Below, one piece after another: positions 1 through 8,638 of a stretch of 48,467 nt of DNA. Both the position numbers and the translations under genes were made by a program. Where the stretch lies: NCBI GenBank assembly GCA_036676985.1, contig JAKFBU010000063.1, positions 1 through 48,467 of the forward strand. The letters are read 5' to 3'. The notes below the pieces were generated by a model, which was not told the origin of the DNA, searched no databases, and saw nothing but the letters and a program-made list of their open reading frames with translations. The DNA is from Candidatus Sericytochromatia bacterium (GTDB lineage: Bacteria > Cyanobacteriota > Sericytochromatia > S15B-MN24 > UBA4093). Position 1 is the stretch's first letter. The number at the start of each line of letters is the position of its first letter.

Positions 1-153
1 GATGATCTTGGCGTTGGCCCGCGGCCCCAGCTCGCTCAGGGCGATCGAGAGCACCATCATGAGCACGGCGAAGACGGCCGATAGGTGCAGGAGCTTCTCG
101 TTCAGAGCGGCCTGGAAGGAGAGTCGGGCGATCGCGAGTAGCTTGGCGTTCAT
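1..153 (-). CDS. ABC transporter permease (PilI-like), partial; runs off the window start
   Basis: Manual translation MNAKLLAIARLSFQAALNEKLLHLSAVFAVLMMVLSIALSELGPRANAKII resembles an ABC-2 permease N-terminus; starts 3 nt after the upstream lipoprotein stop. Confidence 0.6.
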   Translation of the reverse strand, partial: MNAKLLAIARLSFQAALNEKLLHLSAVFAVLMMVLSIALSELGPRANAKII

Positions 154-156
154 GTC

Positions 157-741
157 CTACTGATAGCTGATGGTGATCGGCACGCTGACGGTGGTCGTGA
201 TCCGAGCCCCGAAGCCGTTGGTCCCCGTCAGCTTGACGGTCGCCACCACCGCCGTCAACTGCTCGAAGCCGTCTTCCGTCTGGTTGGTGCGGTTGACCAG
301 GGCCGCCGGGATGAGGCCCGAGAGCTTGATGGTTTGAACCGTGGGCTCGGTGGAGCGACCAGGAGGCTTCAGCAGCGTCGCGAACGGGAAGTACTGAGTC
401 GAAATATCCATGGGGTTCGTCGCCAGCTTGCCGGCGTCGTTGGTGGTGCCCTCGGTGTAGAAGAAGTCCGCCTGTGCAGTGGTGTAGGTGACGGGCGACG
501 AGTTGGCATCGAGCGTCAAGGTGATCGAGGGATCCGTGAGCGTCGACTTGGCCTCGGTGATATCGCCGAGCTCGTCCCTAGTCACCTGCCACTTGATCTC
601 GCCACGCTCGGCAACATCGGCCCGAACGGTGCTGACGCTTATGGCCTGGGTCCAATAGTCAGCCGAGCACCCGACGGTCCCCATGGAGAAGGCGGCCATG
701 GCGGCGACCATCCAGCTACGCACGAGGGTTGGCATCCGCAT
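157..741 (-). CDS. Hypothetical lipoprotein downstream of pilQ
   Basis: Signal peptide with lipobox TVG-C; GGAGGT RBS upstream; overlaps the secretin 3' end. Confidence 0.75.
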   Translation of the reverse strand: MRMPTLVRSWMVAAMAAFSMGTVGCSADYWTQAISVSTVRADVAERGEIKWQVTRDELGDITEAKSTLTDPSITLTLDANSSPVTYTTAQADFFYTEGTTNDAGKLATNPMDISTQYFPFATLLKPPGRSTEPTVQTIKLSGLIPAALVNRTNQTEDGFEQLTAVVATVKLTGTNGFGARITTTVSVPITISYQ

Positions 742-2365
742 CCTTGATTACCTCCGGGGTCAGAAAGATCTGCACTTCGGTCTGGGTCGTCGTGTCGTTA
801 CGGGTCTGGAACAGGCCTCCCAGGAACGGGAGGTCGCCCAGCAAGGGCAGCTTGGTGACGCCCTGAATCTTGCGATCCTGGATCAGGCCACCGATGACGA
901 TGGTGTTGCCGTCCCGGACGTAGATCTCCTGGGCCTGGTACTCGCGGGTGCTCTTGAGCGTCGCCAGGATGTCGCCGTTGGGCGCCCGAGTCGGAGCCTG
1001 GGCCACCGACACGACCGGGTGCACGTTCATGGTCACGCCGCCCCGCGAGTCGATGCGCGGCGTCAGCTCCAGCGTGATGCCGGCCTCGTCGGGGGTGACG
1101 GTGGTCCGGATGATCTGGCCGCTGGTGCTCTGGCTGATGGTCGTCTCGGTCCTGCCGATGATCTGATCGGTGATCTTGATGATCGAGGTGCGGCCGTCCA
1201 TGGCCAGGAGCTGCGGGCTGGCGAGCAGCTTGGCGCGGTTGGCGGTCACCAGGGCGTTGAGCTTGACCTGCAGGTTCAAGCCGACGTTGCTCAACGTGTC
1301 GAACGTCAGCGTCCCGTCGGCCCGGCCCGTGTTGAGGTCGAACTGCCGCGTGCCGGCCTGATAGGCGAGGCCCAGGTCGCGCGAGTCGCCGACCGACATC
1401 TCCACGATCTGCGCCCGGATGATCACCTGCTGGCGCCGCTTGTCGATGGTGCGCAGCACCTGGTCGACGAGCTGGAGCTCGCTGTTGGATCCCATAACCA
1501 GAAGCGCGTTCTGGTTGGGCATTGGCACGAAGCGCGGCGTCTCCTGCGAGATGTCGATCTTCTCCTTGCGATTGCTGACCCGCGAGCCCGGGGCAGTCGC
1601 GGCAAAATCAGGCACTTCCTTGTCGATGGACATGAGGGCCTTCTGGCCCTCGCTCGACTCGAAGAAGGTGGCCCGCAGGACGTCCACGGCCTCCTTGGCC
1701 GAGACGTAGTTGAGGGCGAAGACGCGGCTCGGCGTGAGCACGTCCAGTCGTCGCACCAGCTCCTCGGCCTGGTTGACCTTGTCCTCGGGCCCCGTCAGGA
1801 CGATCCGGTTGGAGCGCGGGTCCGTCTTGATGGCCAAGCTAAAGAGCTCGCGGATGGCCGTCTGGGCGGTATCCGCCGAAGCCGAGGCCACGAGCGAACC
1901 GCTCGCAACGGCCGTCTGGCTACCGGGCGGCTTGAGATCGAGCAGATCGTAGAGGGTGGGCACGAGGGTGTGGGCGCTCACGAACTTCAAAGGCACGAAG
2001 CGCATGACCGGCTGGCCGTACTGGCCACTGCGGTAGACCACGTAGCTCTTGCCGTAGGCCTGCAGGCGATAGCCGTTCGAGTGCAGCATGGTCTCGAGGA
2101 TCTGGTTGAGGGGCGTCTGAAAGAAGTCCAGCGACACGCTCCCGTCGACCGACTCGTCGAGGATCAGGTTCAGGTTGCCCGACTCGGCAATGAGCTGAAG
2201 GGCCTCGCGCAGGGGCGTCCCGCGCAGCCGGAAGGTCATCTTCGTCAGGCCACCGGGCACGGACACCCGAGCTGCCTGGAATGAAAGGCTATCCGCCGCC
2301 TGGCTTGGGCTGCCGACCAACATGCCGGCCAGGGCCAGCGACAGCAGCACCCGCATCTTTCTCAC
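716..2365 (-). CDS. pilQ: Type IV pilus / T2SS secretin (PilQ/GspD family)
   Basis: Signal peptide, STN-like domain (LREALQLIAESGNLNLILD), N-domains, secretin core (GITLELTPRI, DGNTIVIGGLI, KLPLLGDLPFLGGLF, EVQIFLTP). Confidence 0.93.
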   Translation of the reverse strand: MRKMRVLLSLALAGMLVGSPSQAADSLSFQAARVSVPGGLTKMTFRLRGTPLREALQLIAESGNLNLILDESVDGSVSLDFFQTPLNQILETMLHSNGYRLQAYGKSYVVYRSGQYGQPVMRFVPLKFVSAHTLVPTLYDLLDLKPPGSQTAVASGSLVASASADTAQTAIRELFSLAIKTDPRSNRIVLTGPEDKVNQAEELVRRLDVLTPSRVFALNYVSAKEAVDVLRATFFESSEGQKALMSIDKEVPDFAATAPGSRVSNRKEKIDISQETPRFVPMPNQNALLVMGSNSELQLVDQVLRTIDKRRQQVIIRAQIVEMSVGDSRDLGLAYQAGTRQFDLNTGRADGTLTFDTLSNVGLNLQVKLNALVTANRAKLLASPQLLAMDGRTSIIKITDQIIGRTETTISQSTSGQIIRTTVTPDEAGITLELTPRIDSRGGVTMNVHPVVSVAQAPTRAPNGDILATLKSTREYQAQEIYVRDGNTIVIGGLIQDRKIQGVTKLPLLGDLPFLGGLFQTRNDTTTQTEVQIFLTPEVIKDADANPRA

Positions 2366-2511
2366 TTAGCGATCCTCCCTCCAGCGTCTCGATTGCGATT
2401 GTAGGGCCTGTGCAACGAGATGGCTGTGAGTAGTGCACGGAGCTTGTACCCGGCTGCTAGCCGGCCATAACCGGGGCCTGGCCGACATTTGCGGGCTGCG
2501 GGCGCTCGAAA

Positions 2512-3168
2512 TCAGTAGAGTTTCTGGCCGGGCTTCGCCGAGGAATCGCCCACCACGCCTTCCAGGCTCTCGCCCTCGGTACTGGCGATCGGATTGCTGC
2601 CTCGCACGAAGACGTAGGAGGGGCGCCCATTGGCGTTCAGCTGGGCGTTGTTCGGCACGATCGTCACCAGGTAGTTGCGGAAGTAGGTGGCCGTCGTGTT
2701 GCCGCCCGCTGCGTCGGGGGCTCCGACCACCCCGCCGGAGGCCGGTGCGGTCCAGTAATAGAGCAGGCCGCTGTCGCCCAGGTTGGCATCGGGCACCGTG
2801 TTGTCGGCGTTGCCCGAGTTGGAGCTTCCGCCCAGGACGGCCGCGCCGTCGGTGGCGATGCCCGGCACGCCCCCCCAGGTGCCGGCGGCCATACCGCCCC
2901 ATGGACTCACGTTGAAGTCCGACGGGCGCTTGGCGACCCAGGCCCCCTGGATGTCCGCGAGGGACGGATAGCTGTTGGAGTTGGACACGGCATAGACGGA
3001 CTCGACGGCCGCCTGGAGGGCCACCACCCGCTGCAACCCGGCCGTGTCTCCCACCGACTGGCGATACTGGCGGTAAAGGACCGTGCTCGAGGCGAGCAGG
3101 ATCGAGCCGATGGTGATCACGAGGATGGCCTCCACCAACGTGAAGCCCGGCGAGGATTTCGTGCGCAC
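2512..3168 (-). CDS. Type IV pilin-like protein
   Basis: Class III signal G|FTLVE plus hydrophobic helix; start placed at GTG 3168 after AGGAGG. Confidence 0.88.
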   Translation of the reverse strand: MRTKSSPGFTLVEAILVITIGSILLASSTVLYRQYRQSVGDTAGLQRVVALQAAVESVYAVSNSNSYPSLADIQGAWVAKRPSDFNVSPWGGMAAGTWGGVPGIATDGAAVLGGSSNSGNADNTVPDANLGDSGLLYYWTAPASGGVVGAPDAAGGNTTATYFRNYLVTIVPNNAQLNANGRPSYVFVRGSNPIASTEGESLEGVVGDSSAKPGQKLY

Positions 3169-3178
3169 GATGTGCCTC

Positions 3179-3730
3179 CTAGCGCCCACTGGTCACCATG
3201 AAGTGTCGCCATCCCTTGTGCTTCAGCCCCGCGAGCCCGTAGCCCGTGATGCTGACCGTCGCCCCCTGGGTGACGTCGAACATCATGGCCGAGGAGGCGG
3301 AGTTGGCGATCGTCGTTCCCGGGTTGACGACTCGGCGGTAGTAGAGGGCCCCCACGCCGATGCTGCTCTCCACGGCTCCCGGATCGCCGCCCGCGTCCAG
3401 GTCGCCCCCGGCGATGCCCGCCCGGGTGCCGACCGACGTGTCGTAGATGTCGCCGCCCCAGGGGGATTTGAGGGCGTCCGGGCGCTTGGCGACCCAGGCG
3501 TCCTTGACCGTCGCGATGGGCGGACAGGAGCCCTGGGCGGTGTAGAGGGACTCGACGACGGCCTGGAGGCTGCCGATCTTCTCGCGCATGGCGGCGTCCC
3601 CGGAGCTCTCCTTGACCTGGCCGTACAGCACGATGACCGCGGCCGAGGCCAGCAGGGCGATCGACAGGGCCAATCCGATCTCCAGCAACGTGAATCCCGA
3701 TTCGGGGGTCTTGCGCTTCAAACCGTCCAC
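3179..3730 (-). CDS. Type IV pilin-like protein, paralogue of the downstream pilin
   Basis: G|FTLLE prepilin motif; shares LQAxVESxY, AWVAKRP, SPWGG and LYY with 2512-3168. Confidence 0.88.
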   Translation of the reverse strand: MDGLKRKTPESGFTLLEIGLALSIALLASAAVIVLYGQVKESSGDAAMREKIGSLQAVVESLYTAQGSCPPIATVKDAWVAKRPDALKSPWGGDIYDTSVGTRAGIAGGDLDAGGDPGAVESSIGVGALYYRRVVNPGTTIANSASSAMMFDVTQGATVSITGYGLAGLKHKGWRHFMVTSGR

Positions 3731-3872
3731 CTCTCCTAGGGAAGCCTGCTCCTTCCACTATACCAAGCGCCCGTGACGCCAAAACATGCGCCGGGCATGC
3801 GGGTAGAAAACTATTGAGCGTGGGTAAATAAAGTCCGCCTGGGCCTTTCGGGCCCGACAGCGAGGAACGCGC

Positions 3873-5375
3873 GTGGCCGAACAAACCTTTTACGAATACG
3901 TGGCACAAGCCGGCGACTCCATTCGCAAGGCGACCATTCCCGCTGAGAATGAGCGGATGGTCCGCTCGATCCTGCGCGAGCAAGGCATGATCCCGCTCGA
4001 GATCAAGCGCAGCCGGAAGAACGCCGAGGAAGTCGAGGGCGAGGGGGGAAGCCGCGACAAGAAGCAGACCTTCTTCTACGTCGCCATCCCCACCAGCGGC
4101 GGCGACAACGTCCGGGGCGAGATCATCGCGAGCAGCGAGCGCGAAGCGCGCCAGCAACTGCGCGATCGCGGGCTCGTGCCCTCCAAGGTCGAGCCCAAGC
4201 GCCTGTGGCACGATCTGGCCATGGCGGGCAAGGTCGAGACCGTCCAGAGCCTGCGCGAGAAGGCTCTCGCCGAGACCAAGCCCACCCAGAGCGGCTTGTC
4301 GGCCAGACTCCAGAAGCTCATGCGACGGAAGATCGGCCTCAAGGACATGCTCTTCTACGCGTCGCAGCTCTGCACCATGACCGAGGCGGGGCTCTCCTTC
4401 AGCCAATCCATGGACATCCTGTCCGGCCTCATCACCAACCAGCGCCTCAAGGTCATCCATGAGGTGGTCAAGATGCAGGTGATGGAAGGCGCCTCCCTGT
4501 CGGAGTCCTACCGCCTGTTCGAGAACGAGCTGCCCCCCATCTTCATGGAGCTCATCTCGGTCGGCGAGGTCAGCGGCAACATCGAGCAAACCCTGCAGCG
4601 CCTGGTCCACCACCTGGAGAAGCAGATGGAGCTCGCCGGCAAGATCCGCGGCGCCATGACCTACCCGGTGGTCATGATCTGCCTCATCATCTTGATCGTC
4701 ATCGGGTTGATGATCTTCGTCGTCCCGACCTTCCTGCAGCTGTTCGAGTCCTTCGACGTCAAGCTGCCCTGGACCACCCAGGCCCTGCTCGGCCTGAGCT
4801 GGTTCATCACGCACCAGTGGTTCCTCGTGCCGCTCGTCCCGCTCGGCATCTGGGGCGCCATCAAGGGCTTCATGTCCACCAAGTTCGGCCGCCAGTTCTA
4901 CGATCTCTGGGAGTACAAGATTCCCATCGTCGGCAAGCTGATGCACCGGATCACCGTGTCGCGCATCTTGCACAACCTGGCGCTGTTCCTGAACTGCGGC
5001 ATCACGATCCTGAACGCCATCGAGCTCACGCAGCAGTCGATCCGCAACGCCTACACCTCGCTCAAGCTCGAGAGCATCCGCGTCGGCATCTCCCAGGGGT
5101 CGCGTCTCTCTTCCTTGTTCGAGGGCACGGGCCTCTTCCCGCCGATGGTCAACTACCTGCTGGTCGCGGGCGAGGAGTCGGGGGCCATCGACGAGCTGCT
5201 CGAGAAGGGCGCCAAGTACGTCGATCAGGAGGTCGAGGCCACCATCAAGGCGCTCACCTCGGCGCTCGAGCCCATCTTGACCTTTGTCATCGCGGGCGTG
5301 GTCATGTTCGTGGTCGGCAGTCTCTACATGCCGCTCATGGGCCTCATGAAGGGGGGAAGCCATGGCGTTCAATAA
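3873..5375 (+). CDS. pilC: Type IV pilus platform protein PilC (GspF family)
   Basis: Two GspF domains (QLCTMTEAGL, GEVSGNIE, AMTYP, GEESGAID, LEP), three TM segments. Confidence 0.93.
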   Translation: MAEQTFYEYVAQAGDSIRKATIPAENERMVRSILREQGMIPLEIKRSRKNAEEVEGEGGSRDKKQTFFYVAIPTSGGDNVRGEIIASSEREARQQLRDRGLVPSKVEPKRLWHDLAMAGKVETVQSLREKALAETKPTQSGLSARLQKLMRRKIGLKDMLFYASQLCTMTEAGLSFSQSMDILSGLITNQRLKVIHEVVKMQVMEGASLSESYRLFENELPPIFMELISVGEVSGNIEQTLQRLVHHLEKQMELAGKIRGAMTYPVVMICLIILIVIGLMIFVVPTFLQLFESFDVKLPWTTQALLGLSWFITHQWFLVPLVPLGIWGAIKGFMSTKFGRQFYDLWEYKIPIVGKLMHRITVSRILHNLALFLNCGITILNAIELTQQSIRNAYTSLKLESIRVGISQGSRLSSLFEGTGLFPPMVNYLLVAGEESGAIDELLEKGAKYVDQEVEATIKALTSALEPILTFVIAGVVMFVVGSLYMPLMGLMKGGSHGVQ

Positions 5376-5778
5376 GTCGCGTGAGGCCGGCTTCTCACTC
5401 ATTGAGCTGTCGCTGGCGATCGCCATCGGCCTCGCCATCCTCTCGGCGAGCTTCTGGATGGTTAAGCAGCACAACGCCGAGGCACGCATCCAGCAGAGCA
5501 AGATGATGCTCGCGACGATCCGCACCGGCCTTGCGGCCTCGCGCTACCGATACGGCGTCTATCCGCCCGCGGCGAGCCTCAGTGCCAACGACGCCGGTGG
5601 CGGCCAGCGCCTGGTGTCGGGCGTGGCCTCGATTAGCGAGCCCGTGAGCGGCATGGCGGTCGTGACGGCGCTTCCGACGACCTCCTACGGAGGCTGGATC
5701 TACGACGCCACGACCGGAACCATCCGCGCCAACTTGAATCCCGCCAACTTTCCGGGCGACAGTCCGCTGCTCTGGTAG
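5362..5778 (+). CDS. Type IV pilin / pseudopilin-like protein
   Basis: G|FSLIE motif, GVYP, GWIYD; overlaps the pilC stop. Confidence 0.88.
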   Translation: MAFNKSREAGFSLIELSLAIAIGLAILSASFWMVKQHNAEARIQQSKMMLATIRTGLAASRYRYGVYPPAASLSANDAGGGQRLVSGVASISEPVSGMAVVTALPTTSYGGWIYDATTGTIRANLNPANFPGDSPLLW

Positions 5779-5864
5779 TCGGGATTGTGCACAGCACACT
5801 GTTTCGTAGGGGTTACTGAGTTATAAAAGCCTTGTGAGTTAGGGTTGAGGAGAGCAGAAGCCTG

Positions 5865-7334
5865 GTGAAGACGCCAACCTCGTTTGTCGGCCTGTACATC
5901 GCCGGCGACCGAATCGAAGCGGTCCTGCCCGCCAACGGCGACGGTTCGATCGAAGAAACTTACACCTACCCCCTCCCTCCGGAGATCCTGACGGAGGACG
6001 GCACGGTCGCGGACGTCGCCGAGCTGTCCGCCGTGCTCAAGGAGGCCTGGAAAGCCCTTGGCCTTCGCGAGAAGAAGGTCGTCCTCATCCTGAACTCGCG
6101 CCAGGCCATCGTGCGCCTGGTCCGCCTGCCGCACCTGCCCCTCACGCAGCTTCATCACGCCATCCTCTCCGAGGCCGAGCAGTTCGCGCTCTTCCGCAAC
6201 GACACGCCGCTCGTCGACTACTTCGTCGCCAGCGAGGACGGCGACTTCATCTGGGTGTGCTACGGCGCGGCCGCCGAGACCCTGGTCCAGCCGTTCGATC
6301 AAGCCCTCAAGGCCGCGGGCCTCAAGATGGTGGGCATCGACCTGGTGCAACTCGCCGGTCAACGCGGCATGGCCTACTACCACCCGCCCGAAGAGTACCA
6401 GTGGATCGGCGTCATGCTCTTGCCGCAGCGCCTGATCGTCACCTCGTGGCTCGAAAACCGCCTCACGGCCGTCCGCGAGCTGGTGCTGCCCGAGCGCGAC
6501 AACATCTCCATGGAGCTCGTGGCCCTCAACTACCTGCCCGATGCCGTGCGCTCGGTCGCGGGCAGCAACCCCAACTCCAGCCCGCAGCTCATCATCGGGG
6601 CCCAGCGGATCGAGGACGCCCGCGACCTGGCGGCCCACGCCGAGGCCCACATCAAGCTGCCCATCCGCATCGCCGAGCCCGCGGACGTGGATCCCTCCGT
6701 CGAGTTGCCCTCGTGCGTGGCCCTGGGCGCCGCCCTGTGGAAGCGGTCGGACTCCTTCCCGTCCTTCAACCTCATGCAGGGCAAGGGCAGCACCTTCGAG
6801 CTGCCAACCATCTCCTTTTCGGCCGACGGCCTCAAGGACCTGGCGCGCAGCGCCGCCGTGCCCGCCTTGGCCGGCCTGTTGGTCGTGTCCGTGATGGCCG
6901 GCGCCGGCTTCGTGATGTCGGGGCGCACCAAGGAGTCCGTGGGCTCGCTCAAGATGAAGCTCGCCTCCGCCGAGGCCGAGCGCGACGGCCTGCGTCAGCA
7001 GGTCGACCAGACGCCTCCCGAACAGGAGGTCCTGCACCAGTGGATCCCGCACCATACGGAGACCAAGTTCGCCGCTGACATGGTGTCGCGCATGCGCAAC
7101 ATCGTGCCGGAGGACGCCTGGGTCAGCCGCATCTACTACATCTCCGGCCAGGAGATGCGCCTCCAGGGCGCTGCTCTCAGCCAGACCTCTTGCCTCTACT
7201 TCGCAGACCAACTCGGCGCCGTGGATACCGTTACCCAGGTCCGCATCCTGCGGCTCGAGAAGCAAGGCTCCTCCTACGCCTTCGAGCTCCAGGCCAACCT
7301 GGGCCGAAAACAGAAAACGGAGCTGCTGCCATGA
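5865..7334 (+). CDS. PilM-PilN fusion protein
   Basis: N-terminal PilM-like region (VGLYI, DGTVADVAELSAVLKEAW, AIVRLVRLP), then FNLM, TM helix, coiled coil and a PilN-like domain (IVPEDAWVSRI, LQGAALS). Confidence 0.75.
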   Translation: MKTPTSFVGLYIAGDRIEAVLPANGDGSIEETYTYPLPPEILTEDGTVADVAELSAVLKEAWKALGLREKKVVLILNSRQAIVRLVRLPHLPLTQLHHAILSEAEQFALFRNDTPLVDYFVASEDGDFIWVCYGAAAETLVQPFDQALKAAGLKMVGIDLVQLAGQRGMAYYHPPEEYQWIGVMLLPQRLIVTSWLENRLTAVRELVLPERDNISMELVALNYLPDAVRSVAGSNPNSSPQLIIGAQRIEDARDLAAHAEAHIKLPIRIAEPADVDPSVELPSCVALGAALWKRSDSFPSFNLMQGKGSTFELPTISFSADGLKDLARSAAVPALAGLLVVSVMAGAGFVMSGRTKESVGSLKMKLASAEAERDGLRQQVDQTPPEQEVLHQWIPHHTETKFAADMVSRMRNIVPEDAWVSRIYYISGQEMRLQGAALSQTSCLYFADQLGAVDTVTQVRILRLEKQGSSYAFELQANLGRKQKTELLP

Positions 7335-8617
7335 TGGATCGGGTCGATCCGAAAGTCCTGCTCGCCGGAGGCCTGGGCCTCGTGGTCGTCGCCATGTTGA
7401 GCTACTACCTCATCGCCGTCCGTCCGGTGGACGAGGAGGCCAACCGGCTGCGCACGATGCTCGAGGGCGTCATGCGCGAGCGCGACAGCTACCAGTCCCA
7501 GCTCGCCGACAAGAAGTCGCGCCTCACGGTGGTCTCGGACGAGATCGAGCGCCTCAAGCTGTTCGACCTGCGCGCCGAGCAGTCCTTCGACGCCGCGCTC
7601 GCCAACCGCTCGAACCTGGGCCTGATCGCGCTTTCCGAGATCCTGCAGCGCAACTCCATCACCATCGAGTCGCTCAACCCCGGCCCCATCGACCAGGACC
7701 GCATCACCATCAACCAGCAGCCCAACGGCGGCGTGCTGCACCGACGGTACATGATTCGGGCCCAGGGTCGCTATCAGGACGTCCAGACGGCCTTCAGTGC
7801 CTTCAAGAACCTGCCACCCGCTCTGGACATCGACTACTACGACATCCAGTACATCGGCAACGACGGCAGCCGCGCCCGGGTGTTCTTCGAGATCGGCTTC
7901 GGCTTCAACTTCCTGGTCAGCACCCAGCAGTTCGACCAGTTCGCCGAGATGGCCTCCGCTTCTTTGGCGGCCGCCTCCTCGTCCTTGCCCTTCGGCTTCC
8001 ATGGCGTCGCCTCGGACTCGTTGGCGGCTCCTCCGGCAGCGCCCGCGAGCCCCTCGACCGAGGTCTCGGCCGGCTCGTGGTTGACGGCCCTGGTGGAGTG
8101 GCTCGACCCCGCGGCCGTGGCCGCTCCGGCCGCAAAGCCGACGCCCAAGCCCGGCCAGGCTCTGAGGGCCTACACCTTCAGCGTCGACAAGGGCGTCAAC
8201 CTCGGACGCGCCGAGCCCTTCCTGCCGCTCGGTGCCGCACTCCAGGCGCCGCTCCCGCTGGCCAAGCCGATCACCCCGGTCCGGACGGCCGTCACGCCGC
8301 TGCCCCAGGCTGCCGTACTCGCCGTGTTGCTCTCTAATGACGGACCGGCCACGGCTTTGCTACAATACGGAAACGAACGGATGCGTGTTCGACCGGGCTC
8401 CCTGTTGACCGGTGGCGCCCAGGTGGCGGCCATCGGCCGGGACTTCGTCCTGATCCGCTTCCAGGGCACCCTGCACCGTATTGGCCTTCAGACGGAGTCT
8501 ATGCCGGCGTTCAACGCACCCAACCTGCAATCGCAGCCCTCTCCCGCCAGCCAAACGACTCCGCGGCCGGTTCCGGTCCCGGACATCCCGCGCGTGCCCA
8601 CCGTTCAGGGCCCCTAA
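7331..8617 (+). CDS. PilO-like protein with C-terminal PilP-like domain
   Basis: ATGA overlap with the upstream gene; TM, coiled coil, PilO-like region, Pro/Ala linker, GRAEPF and a PilP/GspC-like beta domain. Confidence 0.65.
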   Translation: MMDRVDPKVLLAGGLGLVVVAMLSYYLIAVRPVDEEANRLRTMLEGVMRERDSYQSQLADKKSRLTVVSDEIERLKLFDLRAEQSFDAALANRSNLGLIALSEILQRNSITIESLNPGPIDQDRITINQQPNGGVLHRRYMIRAQGRYQDVQTAFSAFKNLPPALDIDYYDIQYIGNDGSRARVFFEIGFGFNFLVSTQQFDQFAEMASASLAAASSSLPFGFHGVASDSLAAPPAAPASPSTEVSAGSWLTALVEWLDPAAVAAPAAKPTPKPGQALRAYTFSVDKGVNLGRAEPFLPLGAALQAPLPLAKPITPVRTAVTPLPQAAVLAVLLSNDGPATALLQYGNERMRVRPGSLLTGGAQVAAIGRDFVLIRFQGTLHRIGLQTESMPAFNAPNLQSQPSPASQTTPRPVPVPDIPRVPTVQGP

Positions 8618-8638
8618 TCGCCAGGTGGTAAGGAGAGA

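Noticed and set aside
683-2284. Long antisense or alternative-frame ORFs here and throughout (e.g. 3117-5525, 13651-15366, 21632-23701, 24099-26303, 35400-37010)
   Set aside because: Shadow ORFs of well-supported genes caused by GC-rich codon usage; no motifs or RBS
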